Positions 9,607 to 18,243 of a stretch of 36,659 bases of DNA are shown here, piece after piece. The translations under genes and the position numbers were made by a program. Position 1 is the first letter of the stretch. Each line of letters opens with the position of its first letter. This stretch comes from Bdellovibrionales bacterium (GTDB lineage Bacteria; Bdellovibrionota; Bdellovibrionia; Bdellovibrionales; UBA840): NCBI GenBank assembly GCA_037969075.1, contig JBBKWS010000006.1, positions 1 through 36,659 on the forward strand. Reading direction: 5' to 3'. Under the pieces are notes generated by a model, which ran no database searches, was not told the DNA's origin, and worked only from the letters and a program-made list of their open reading frames with translations.

Positions 9607-10500
9607 ATGAAGCGATTTGAGAAGTTATCTTTGGGCCTATATGTCTATACGATTTTAATTATTCTATGGGGTGCCTGGGTAAGGATCTCAAAATCGGGTG
9701 ATGGTTGTGGAGATTCCTGGCCGCTTTGTGATGGAAAGTTAATACCTGCCACCAAAAGTTTAGCGACTTGGATTGAGTTTAGTCACCGGCTAACGACAGG
9801 TTTGTTTGGTATCTTTGTGATTATAATGTGTGTTTGGGTAATTAAAAATAAAAAATCTAAAACCTTACAGCAAATGGTTAAAATAAGTTTGATCTTTACT
9901 ATTACCGAGGCTCTTTTAGGTGCTGCTCTAGTTAAATTTGGTTTAGTAACAGATAATGATAGTTTTATGAGATTATTTGCAATGGGACTACATCAAGTAA
10001 ATAGCCTTTTGTTGTCAGGATTTATAGGTCTTGTTTTTATTTTCTCTACAGGCAATCAATCTGTGCATTGGTCAAAATTGAAGACTCTTATCTGCACCTT
10101 ATTTTTGGTTTTAGCAGCAACTGGAGCGATTGCATCTCTATCAACGACCTTGTATCCTTCGTCTTCTTTACTTGGGGGATTGCAAGCTGACCTATTTACT
10201 GAATCACATTGGATTGTTAAATGGCGTAGCATACATCCTTTGTTGGCTGTTACTATTGGTGGAAGTCTTTTGTATGTCTTTATTTTGCTAGGGGCAAAGA
10301 CGGGCTTTACGCGAGAATTAAAACAATTGATACGACTGTTTGCGGTAGGTTTAATCTTTGGTGCATTAACACTAACATTTTTATCACCCATGTGGATGAA
10401 GCTAACGCATTTAACGTTAGCTCATGTAATTTGGTTATTTTTACTGAGATATTTAGTTCAGGTAGGCCCTAAACTGGGAACCGATAGTAGCAGGGTCTGA
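9607..10500 (+). CDS. ctaA: Heme A synthase (COX15/CtaA family)
   Basis: GAWVR..SGDGCGDSWPLC Cys pair, WIEFSHR, additional membrane His residues (GLHQ, SIHP, LTHL), about 8 TM segments. Confidence 0.85.
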   Translation: MKRFEKLSLGLYVYTILIILWGAWVRISKSGDGCGDSWPLCDGKLIPATKSLATWIEFSHRLTTGLFGIFVIIMCVWVIKNKKSKTLQQMVKISLIFTITEALLGAALVKFGLVTDNDSFMRLFAMGLHQVNSLLLSGFIGLVFIFSTGNQSVHWSKLKTLICTLFLVLAATGAIASLSTTLYPSSSLLGGLQADLFTESHWIVKWRSIHPLLAVTIGGSLLYVFILLGAKTGFTRELKQLIRLFAVGLIFGALTLTFLSPMWMKLTHLTLAHVIWLFLLRYLVQVGPKLGTDSSRV

Positions 10501-11112
10501 AGATCCAGCTAGAATAGTTGCTATCTGTCCGCAGATATCTTCGTTGGGATTTTCTCCTGAGCAGTATTGGCTTTCTATATTTATAACAGCATCACCGAGT
10601 TCGGCATCACTTGTTGCATTGGCCCCTATATTACCAGCACTTAGGTCAGGAGTGCTTTGGCCATCCCATGCACCATCTAGTCTGGCAAGAACTGTAGATG
10701 AGTAAGAAAAGCTACCAAACATAGCCATGCCTCTAGAACCAGAAGCATTGCAGGCCCTGTAGGCTAAGTCTGCATTGTTTAAAGCGTCGTCCCGGTCACT
10801 TCCCTTAAAATAAAGAGCAGACATGAACGAGTTCATTTCAGAGCCTGTGCCCTCTTGAATATCAGAAAAAATATTAGCTAGCGCGGCAGTGTCCAAACCT
10901 TGAAATAAAAATTCAGCAGCACATTTTAACTTATTGGCTTTTTCAGAAGTTTTACCAGCTAGGCTTGATACACAAGCTTTTGCTTGGGCAGAAGTTGTTG
11001 TAGTAATTTTATCTAAGCAGTCTCTGGCTTCCGAATAATCTGAAATATCACTATCCTCAGAGCAGGCCGCAAATATAAATATACAACACAAAATAAGACT
11101 CAATAGCTTCAT
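10453..11112 (-). CDS. Hypothetical lipoprotein
   Basis: SD AAGGAG, lipobox FAAC, mature region appears helical with several Cys. Confidence 0.75.
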   Translation of the reverse strand: MKLLSLILCCIFIFAACSEDSDISDYSEARDCLDKITTTTSAQAKACVSSLAGKTSEKANKLKCAAEFLFQGLDTAALANIFSDIQEGTGSEMNSFMSALYFKGSDRDDALNNADLAYRACNASGSRGMAMFGSFSYSSTVLARLDGAWDGQSTPDLSAGNIGANATSDAELGDAVINIESQYCSGENPNEDICGQIATILAGSSDPATIGSQFRAYLN

Positions 11113-11194
11113 TACAACTCCTTGTATGCTTTATAGGCTAACAATAATTCATCGTCAGATTAAGGAAAATATAAAGTCTAGACAAGACCAAGGT

Positions 11195-11332
11195 TTAGAG
11201 GGTTTGTAAGGCCATAAAGAAAATGATAAAAATAATGCCAGATCGTATCAATCGAATGGTGTTAATCTGGTTCGATTGTTGATAAACTTCAAAGTTACGC
11301 CAAAACTCGCGGTTGTAGGGTTCATATTTCAT
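11195..11332 (-). CDS. Probable 45-aa small membrane protein
   Basis: ATG at 11332 is preceded by AAGGA 8 nt upstream. The ORF lies in an otherwise unused intergenic gap and has a C-terminal hydrophobic segment GIIFIIFFMAL. Confidence 0.5.
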   Translation of the reverse strand: MKYEPYNREFWRNFEVYQQSNQINTIRLIRSGIIFIIFFMALQTL

Positions 11333-11410
11333 AAGTACCGTCCTTGATACCCTGAATCTAACAATCATTTGTTTGCTACAAATCATAAAGTAGTTAGAAG
11401 CATGTTTGAT

Positions 11411-12550
11411 TTACGCGATTTTACGCATCTCCATAAGTCTTTCATGGGGCGCTTTATAGCTAGTAATTTTGAGCATGATTTGTTTGTGCAGCTTTGTGCC
11501 AATCTCATCAGGCCCAAACATGGCAACAAATGTCTCTGCCACATTTGGCTTTTGATGTGTCAGCAGGGTGTCCACCACCTGATGTAAGTAGGAAACGCCT
11601 TTATCTATAACCACGCAGCCTTTTAAAAAATAATCAAGAGCCTCGTCTGGCTTATTCTTTAGTAGGAGAGATTTACCGGCTTCAAGTAGTGAGGTGGATA
11701 CTCTTACTTTTAGATCCTCTGTCTTTCTTTCTAATTGAAGGTAGTGCATATAGTATTTTTCTACATCTTCAAAACGATAGGTTTTTACACAAATGGAAAA
11801 GGCATATTTTAAAACTTTAGGACTTAGTGGATAATGCGCAGAAATTTTTCCTAAAAGTTTATATGCATTTTCGAAGTCATCGATCTCACAAAGGGTCATG
11901 AACTCAGCGACAAGACAACGAAAGTGAAGGGGAGTGATTTTCTGCCCTTGTTTGAAGTATGTAATGGCCTCGCTATATTTCTCTTGCTGTCTATATATTT
12001 CACCTATGTGATATAGTGCTAAACTAGGTTTGGCGGTTAAATTAACGGCCATTTCAAAATGAATCATGGCGTCGTCAACATGCCCTAATTGTTGTAAGGA
12101 TTTAGCCTTAGCTATCATTGTTTTGTAGTGGTTGGGTGTTAATTTTTGCTCTATGATACGCTGTAGGTGCTCCGTGATGGTCTCAGTGGTGAATGGCTTT
12201 AGAATATACCCATCCACTTCCTCTTCAGCGGCATTAACCACCGCAGAGTCGTTGGCGTTTTCGGTGACTAGGACAAAGACTCTATCGTTATAGTTAGAGC
12301 AGTACTCTTTCTGAAAAGGTACTAAATCTAATCCAAAGCGATCATAAATTTGAAAGTCGGTAAAAATAATGTCAGGCTTATTGATTCGAACAAACTCTAA
12401 AGCGTGCGTGAAACTTTTAAGTGAAGTGATTGAGGTTTTCTCAGCGCCCAAATTAAGGAGTGATAGCTCTACAAGCTGCCTAGATGTGCTGGATTTATCT
12501 AAGATCAAGATTTTTTTATTTGCCAGGTATTCTTGTGCTTGAATCAGCAT
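11411..12550 (-). CDS. Orphan response regulator (REC + TPR repeats)
   Basis: KILILDKS, PDIIFTDF (phospho-acceptor Asp), LVTE and YILKPF, followed by TPR-like helices (ALYHIGEIY..EAITYF). SD GAGGGAG. Confidence 0.85.
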   Translation of the reverse strand: MLIQAQEYLANKKILILDKSSTSRQLVELSLLNLGAEKTSITSLKSFTHALEFVRINKPDIIFTDFQIYDRFGLDLVPFQKEYCSNYNDRVFVLVTENANDSAVVNAAEEEVDGYILKPFTTETITEHLQRIIEQKLTPNHYKTMIAKAKSLQQLGHVDDAMIHFEMAVNLTAKPSLALYHIGEIYRQQEKYSEAITYFKQGQKITPLHFRCLVAEFMTLCEIDDFENAYKLLGKISAHYPLSPKVLKYAFSICVKTYRFEDVEKYYMHYLQLERKTEDLKVRVSTSLLEAGKSLLLKNKPDEALDYFLKGCVVIDKGVSYLHQVVDTLLTHQKPNVAETFVAMFGPDEIGTKLHKQIMLKITSYKAPHERLMEMRKIA

Positions 12551-12790
12551 AATCTCTCCCTCTTAATTAAAATACTACTCTTCATTATAGCTTAATAAAA
12601 ATAAAAAGACGTAAATTTTTAAGAGACAACTTTCTATAATCTACTAGGGCTGAGTGGTATCAATTTAATACGAGCGGAGTCTTACTAAGAGACAACGAAT
12701 TGGGGGGCGGGTTTTTACATGCTTATGTCTTTCTTAGAAATGTATAAATTAAGCATTTTAACGATTTTAGTCACTTTTGGAACAAGTTTA

Positions 12791-12819
12791 TTGGCTTATG
12801 TTTTTTTTAAGTTTAGTAT
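12791..12819 (+). promoter_or_regulatory. Putative sigma70 promoter placed for a leaderless transcript
   Basis: TTGGCT(12791-12796)-N17-TAGTAT(12814-12819)-N6-ATG(12826), with no SD. Confidence 0.55.
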
Positions 12820-12825
12820 TTACTC

Positions 12826-13893
12826 ATGATTTTATTAACAGGGTTTCCCGGGTTTTTAGGCTCGTTTTTAATAGCATCCTTATTAGAGTTAATTCCTAAG
12901 GATGTGCAGATTGTTTGTTTAGTGCAAGATAAATTCTTGGCTCTAGCTAAAGAAAAGATAGCGGCACAACCTGGCTGGAGTGATCGCGTTTTAGTAATTA
13001 TTGGGGATATTACAAAATCGAATTTAGGGTTAACCAAAGAGTGGAATGACAGAGTACAAAATATTTACCACCTAGCCGCAATATATGATTTATCAGCACC
13101 TAAGAACTTAGCTCAAAGTATTAATGTCCAAGGAACTAAAAATGTTTTGCAGTTTGCAAAAGCTTGTAATCAATTGAAACGATTTGACTACGTATCTACG
13201 TGTTATGTTAGCGGCAGATTTACGGGGCATTTCTTTGAAACTGATTTATTAAAAAAACAAGTATTTAACAACCACTATGAAGAGACCAAGTGCCAGGCAG
13301 AAGAAGAGGTTCAAAAAGCAATGAAGGCGGGACTACCTGCAACAATTTATCGGCCGAGTATTGTTGTCGGGGATAGCGTAAGTGGATGGACGCAAAAATT
13401 TGATGGTCCTTACTATATTATGCAATGGCTCGATCGACAGAAGTTGGTAGCAGTGCTTCCTGAGCTAGGGGATTACAAGCGAATTACAGTTAATTTAGTG
13501 CCGATAGATTTTATATCAAGTGCAATAGCTAAACTTTCACAACAAACATTTAGCGTCGGTAAAACATATCAATTAGCTGATCCTAAGCCACCTACAATCA
13601 AAGAATTTTTGCATTATATAGAAGAAATCATGGATAAGAAAATTGTAACAGTGCCTTTTCCGTCTAGTATCACTAAATTATCTCTTAGGTATATAAAGCC
13701 ACTAAGGAACTGGATGAAGATAAACCCAGATACAATCGACTACTTTACTCATCCAACTATTTACGACACTACAAATGCAACAGAGGACTTAGCTAAACTA
13801 GGGATAAAGTGTCCAGAGCTTAAAAGTTATTTGCCGCAACTGATTTCACATATGAAAAGTGTTGAAGAGAGACCAACAGAAGCGATGGTTTAA
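12826..13893 (+). CDS. Extended SDR oxidoreductase (NAD_binding_4/male-sterility, thioester-reductase-like)
   Basis: TGFPGFLG, HLAAIYD, YVST.YVSG, YEETK (YxxxK) and YRPSIVVG. Confidence 0.88.
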   Translation: MILLTGFPGFLGSFLIASLLELIPKDVQIVCLVQDKFLALAKEKIAAQPGWSDRVLVIIGDITKSNLGLTKEWNDRVQNIYHLAAIYDLSAPKNLAQSINVQGTKNVLQFAKACNQLKRFDYVSTCYVSGRFTGHFFETDLLKKQVFNNHYEETKCQAEEEVQKAMKAGLPATIYRPSIVVGDSVSGWTQKFDGPYYIMQWLDRQKLVAVLPELGDYKRITVNLVPIDFISSAIAKLSQQTFSVGKTYQLADPKPPTIKEFLHYIEEIMDKKIVTVPFPSSITKLSLRYIKPLRNWMKINPDTIDYFTHPTIYDTTNATEDLAKLGIKCPELKSYLPQLISHMKSVEERPTEAMV

Positions 13894-14828
13894 CGAGACC
13901 CACCACTTGATTGCTGAGGCTCATTTTTAATATATAGACCATTTTCACTATCGATAGCGTCGATTTTTACTCGTTGCTCTTTTGAGAAGGCGTATTCGGT
14001 GTGCATACTCCAATATTTTTTTTCTAAAATTCCAGACTCAAATCGGACGGCAGAAAATATAGAGTTTGTTATCACATCACTTGTTAAGGATACTTCTCCA
14101 GTATTTTTATAGCTATTATAATTAGGTGCAATTGTAAAATCAAGATCATCATTATTAAGTTTAATAAATTTTTTTCCTACTCTGTATTCAGTGCTCCTTG
14201 CATCCCCTGAGTCTTCGCATAGTTCATCATGCGAATATTTTTTTCTTTGCTCGTCTGTAGGTCTAAAGCATTTTTCTTGTGCTAAATTATACTTTGATGC
14301 ATTCGTACTTACCAAATGTATTCTAGTAGAGCTTAGTATTCCCGGATTCATTGAGTATACTTTTCCATCTAATTCGAAATTTATGCTTGAACCGTGTACT
14401 CGAAAATCAGTGACATCTTTTCTACTGCTTAACTTAAGTGGTTCAGGATTTGGAATCAATCTACCTAGCCAATCTTTTCGTTGAGCCTCTTTTATAGGAT
14501 AATAATCACTTGTGATTTTAGTTCCTGGTATTTTTTCAATAGCTTCTTTAAATAAAAAGACAGCCTCATATCGAACTTTATTCTCTATTTCATAATATTT
14601 TTTTTCATCTAACTTGTTTGTCATCTCCATTAGTTTTTTTCGCATACTTTCGTATTCAGCACGATCTAGATTGTTGTATATTTGTTCTATGATTGATCTG
14701 GTCTGTCTTTGTAGTGGGTGTTCGCGAACTGCACGCGCTGTTGCTAGTAATGGATCTACGTGCTTATCTTTATATGTAGTGATATCACAAAAGGAGCTAC
14801 TGATTAGAATTTGTATTAGTAGGAGCAT
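13890..14828 (-). CDS. Hypothetical exported protein
   Basis: 312-aa ORF overlapping the ATP-grasp gene by 32 nt, short hydrophobic N-terminus, no recognised motif. Confidence 0.65.
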   Translation of the reverse strand: MLLLIQILISSSFCDITTYKDKHVDPLLATARAVREHPLQRQTRSIIEQIYNNLDRAEYESMRKKLMEMTNKLDEKKYYEIENKVRYEAVFLFKEAIEKIPGTKITSDYYPIKEAQRKDWLGRLIPNPEPLKLSSRKDVTDFRVHGSSINFELDGKVYSMNPGILSSTRIHLVSTNASKYNLAQEKCFRPTDEQRKKYSHDELCEDSGDARSTEYRVGKKFIKLNNDDLDFTIAPNYNSYKNTGEVSLTSDVITNSIFSAVRFESGILEKKYWSMHTEYAFSKEQRVKIDAIDSENGLYIKNEPQQSSGGSR

Positions 14829-15963
14829 TACTGATTTCCACCTTTAATAGCTCTTCGGCGGATTCTAGGTATTTTATAAGCTCTTCTGGACGTTTGGCTG
14901 TAAAAAAAGCATAACCATAATCTTGCCCTGAACCTAAGCGCTCTTTAGTTTGGTCACCTACTTGCAATTTAAGCTTACCAGATACATAGCCGGCTAAAGT
15001 TTGTATACCGCTCCACCCAGTTATATTTTTAACCTGACCAAATCCTGGGTGGATAATCCATACTGCGCTGTACTTTTTTACACCAAGATCTTTTGCCAAA
15101 CTGAAGTTTAAATTTAACTGGATCTCAATAAATAACTCCCAAAAATTTAAGTTATAGCTTAATTCTAATAAATTCATAATATACCCGCCAGGAGGGCGAA
15201 TGGCGATTTCTCCAAAAATAACGTTATCGCTATTAATGTAAAATTCGACATGGCACAAAGAGTTCCTTATGCCAAATCCAGCGACAATGGTCTGTGCCTT
15301 AGTTAAGATGTCTTTTTCAATATTTTTTGGTAAGCTAGCGGGCACAATGTTTTGAGTATATTTTTTTGTGTACGTAGTGATATTTGTAAAAAGTATGTCA
15401 CCATTTTTAACTAGGATCTCAACACTGCATTCGTAGCCATCGATAAAACTCTCAATCAATTGATTATCAAGAAGTACTTTAGTAAGTTCTGATTTTTCTT
15501 CATAATAAAAAGTATTTCTTCCGCCGGATTCATCAATGGATTTTACTACAATAGGGGTGTGGTAGTGCTCAATGTCTTCTAATTTTAGATACCCTCCATC
15601 GACATATCTGTAGTCGGTGATTGGTATTTGTAACTCAGTGGCGCGAATTTTCATTTTTAATTTATTTGTACAAAGTGAAGCCGTTTCATAGCTTTCGCCC
15701 CAAATACCCAAGTCTTCACGAAGTCTTGCTGCATTTAAGACAGCCTTTTCTGTGGCAGCAATAATAAAGTCAGGCTTAATTGTAGCGACAATTTTTTTTA
15801 ACTCATCATAGTTTTTTAAATTAGTAGTGATAAAATTTGTTGATTTTTTCTTAAAAGGAAGTTTTTCATCAATTACATATATATCATTGCTATAATTCAA
15901 TAGATTCTTGAAGAGTTGTTTTCTGTACCCGATCAATAGTATTTTCAAGCGGCCTACTGACAA
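14797..15963 (-). CDS. ATP-grasp domain ligase (L-amino acid ligase-like)
   Basis: NKLKMK, PIVVK...SGG, LIESFIDGYECSVE, HVEFY and FGEIAIRPPGG. Confidence 0.85.
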   Translation of the reverse strand: MSVGRLKILLIGYRKQLFKNLLNYSNDIYVIDEKLPFKKKSTNFITTNLKNYDELKKIVATIKPDFIIAATEKAVLNAARLREDLGIWGESYETASLCTNKLKMKIRATELQIPITDYRYVDGGYLKLEDIEHYHTPIVVKSIDESGGRNTFYYEEKSELTKVLLDNQLIESFIDGYECSVEILVKNGDILFTNITTYTKKYTQNIVPASLPKNIEKDILTKAQTIVAGFGIRNSLCHVEFYINSDNVIFGEIAIRPPGGYIMNLLELSYNLNFWELFIEIQLNLNFSLAKDLGVKKYSAVWIIHPGFGQVKNITGWSGIQTLAGYVSGKLKLQVGDQTKERLGSGQDYGYAFFTAKRPEELIKYLESAEELLKVEISNAPTNTNSNQ

Positions 15964-16226
15964 GAGCCAAGCTTACAACTTGAACTCTTAGGACAATCTA
16001 TAGCTTTAGATTTTGATTCATCGTCTATGCAATAGTATTCTAATACTTTATTGTTGTCGATGCAGACGTCTCTTTCAATAATCTGACTTACAACACAAGG
16101 GTTTGCATCGCAAATTTTTACCGAGCTAATGGTTACTCCGGGAACATTGATAACCTGCCCCTTATCAGTGTCTTCACAATTAAATGCATGTAAAAATAAA
16201 TTACTTAGTACAAGAAAGATGATCAC
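15954..16226 (-). CDS. Small Cys-rich exported protein (8 Cys)
   Basis: Signal peptide, pattern CEDTDKG...DVC...LEYYC...CP...C..G.C, overlaps both neighbouring genes. Confidence 0.7.
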   Translation of the reverse strand: MIIFLVLSNLFLHAFNCEDTDKGQVINVPGVTISSVKICDANPCVVSQIIERDVCIDNNKVLEYYCIDDESKSKAIDCPKSSSCKLGSCQ

Positions 16227-16905
16227 GGATATATCCTTTTCCTATAAAATCAGCTGATAATTTTGACGGCCCACATTTAACAAGAAGTGTAAGGTTTAAA
16301 TCACATTTATTATTATCTTTATTGTAGGTATAGTCAAAAACTTGGGTGCTATAATAAGAGCATGCAGAAGGACAACTTTTTAATAGATTTCTGCCTTCAT
16401 CAGTTGCTTTTCTTCCAATTGGCCAAGGTAGACTTGGGCTTACTAGCGTATGTCTAATCCACTCAGTAGTCTGCTCGTTAACATCTTTTTTACAAGTATC
16501 ATCGCTACCAGTGCTGGATAGAACTTTTGTTAAAGTATGAGTTTTAATATATATTTCTTCACAAACGACTCTCGTGTCGATTTCTTGCGGTGTGATTTTT
16601 ATGATTGGCAGTGCTTTGTGATTTTTTTTACATGGAAATGCACAATCTGGACTAATATTACTGGATCGACTAATTGCTGTGGTTACAGTCCTCATCAATT
16701 CTTTAACTACGTCATCAGCTGAACTTCTATCAAACTTTTTAGTGATAACTAAGGTTTCACTTTCATTTTCATAAGGGCATGTAGGACAAGACACCTTTTG
16801 TGCTGCCTGTAAAACTTTACTATTTTGTGCGCTTGAAGGCTGTGTTTGCTCGCACAGCTGAGAAAAACCTTGCAGATAAAATAGGGTTACAAAAACAAAT
16901 GCCAT
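16201..16905 (-). CDS. Cys-rich exported protein (12 Cys)
   Basis: Hydrophobic N-terminus, CPTC, CAFPC and CPSAC motifs, first gene of the overlapping minus-strand operon. Confidence 0.7.
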   Translation of the reverse strand: MAFVFVTLFYLQGFSQLCEQTQPSSAQNSKVLQAAQKVSCPTCPYENESETLVITKKFDRSSADDVVKELMRTVTTAISRSSNISPDCAFPCKKNHKALPIIKITPQEIDTRVVCEEIYIKTHTLTKVLSSTGSDDTCKKDVNEQTTEWIRHTLVSPSLPWPIGRKATDEGRNLLKSCPSACSYYSTQVFDYTYNKDNNKCDLNLTLLVKCGPSKLSADFIGKGYIRDHLSCTK

Positions 16906-16911
16906 GGTAGA

Positions 16912-16939
16912 TTATCGGCTGTTTGAAACAGATTATTTA
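16912..16939 (-). promoter_or_regulatory. Sigma28 (FliA)-type promoter
   Basis: Minus strand reads TAAA(16939-16936)-N16-GCCGATAA(16919-16912)-N6-ATG(16905). Both boxes match the consensus exactly. Confidence 0.75.
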
Positions 16940-17101
16940 ACCGCTTAAGCGGGTTACTGTATTTTGGTCTAGTGCATTGGCTTGTGACAGGTTAATAGGC
17001 ACCATATGGTAACTGGTAATAATTACTTTCTAATTCATTTTCAATAACTGTGATATTCAAAAATAATTCGACGTTTAAAAGCAAGTTAGATACTTAGTTT
17101 T

Positions 17102-18079
17102 ATGCTTTTTCAATTAATACTATTTTTATCTCTACAGTTTACGTTTTCTCAAGATCAAGGCGCCGATACTAAGGCTGATTATGTAAAATCCATAGATATG
17201 ATGGCTATATTACAGCTGTTTACCAGTATTGAGGGTGACGCAAGCCAGCCTGAAAGCTTCAGAGAAAAAGTTGCGGCCTTAAAAAAGAAAGAGACATGGG
17301 TACAGGTAAAAAATAATTTAAACCTACTTAGAGTTGGTGTGGATTCTTACCGTGTATATAAAATGAATACGACAGGAGATGAAAATACTAAAAACCAAGA
17401 TAAGGTTGAGCATATTAAAAATCTTGCAGTGATTTTGCCTCTAACTCACGGAATTGAGACTGTTGCTGGAGAGGTCTCTATGTTGATCGCTGCCAATATG
17501 GGGGCATCGATTGGGAACATAGCTACTCTAGGAGTGGTTGGGGCGATTATTAAGATTCCACTTCTTGTGGACCCCATTTGTATACTTTTTATTACTGCTT
17601 ACAAGTATTCTCCTCATTTTAGAAGCGGGATCACGTTTATTAGGGATTCAACAACCCTAGGATTCTCATTTTTGGCAAGTCAGACAGGATTAAAGCAACT
17701 GTGGAGTAAATATTTTTATAACATGTCTGTGATTGAGCAATTATACCAACTACAAGAAAAAGGATGGAAACTTAGAACGTCTGATAGACTTCTTATAAAA
17801 AAACAAGGCCTTGAGATTGAAGTTGCAAATATTGAAGGTAATTATTTTGTTAAGAGTGTAGTTGCTGAAAATTTTGATAAACGTATCTTAAGAGACCTAC
17901 CATTTAATGTACGTTATGCCTTACGGCGAGTGATAGTAAATAACAAACATGATTTTTACGTAGATGGTGTTGAGTCAATAGACTCTGATAAGAGAGGGTT
18001 TACGTTTAAGAATTTTAGTCTTCCACTTTCTGGGAAGTCTTACAGAAAAAATCAGTGCTATCACTTGTTTGATACTTGA
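17102..18079 (+). CDS. Hypothetical exported/membrane protein
   Basis: Signal peptide and a central hydrophobic region; no family recognised. Confidence 0.7.
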   Translation: MLFQLILFLSLQFTFSQDQGADTKADYVKSIDMMAILQLFTSIEGDASQPESFREKVAALKKKETWVQVKNNLNLLRVGVDSYRVYKMNTTGDENTKNQDKVEHIKNLAVILPLTHGIETVAGEVSMLIAANMGASIGNIATLGVVGAIIKIPLLVDPICILFITAYKYSPHFRSGITFIRDSTTLGFSFLASQTGLKQLWSKYFYNMSVIEQLYQLQEKGWKLRTSDRLLIKKQGLEIEVANIEGNYFVKSVVAENFDKRILRDLPFNVRYALRRVIVNNKHDFYVDGVESIDSDKRGFTFKNFSLPLSGKSYRKNQCYHLFDT

Positions 18080-18184
18080 CCCTAAAAAGTGTTTTTTTAA
18101 ATCCGTATCACATTGATACACATACGCAAAAGCGGCAGATTCAAAAGCCATACGTTTTGTATTACAAATATACAGAATAAACTT

Positions 18185-18212
18185 TAAAGTTCACCTAGAC
18201 GAAAGCCGAATA
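18185..18212 (+). promoter_or_regulatory. Sigma28-like promoter upstream of the subtilase-PilZ gene
   Basis: TAAA(18185-18188, followed by GTT)-N16-GCCGAATA(18205-18212). SD-like AGGGGG precedes GTG 18244. Confidence 0.6.
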
Positions 18213-18243
18213 AGACTAAAGTACTTAGCTTACAGGGGGCCTG

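Noticed and set aside
11369..11587. 72-aa plus-strand ORF
   Set aside because: Mostly antisense to the REC-TPR gene, with a TTG start and no SD or motif.
14797..16226. ATP-grasp plus small peptide as a graspetide (RiPP) cluster
   Set aside because: The small proteins have Sec-type signals and many Cys, not leader/core repeats. The ligase looks L-amino-acid-ligase-like, and no transporter or peptidase is present.
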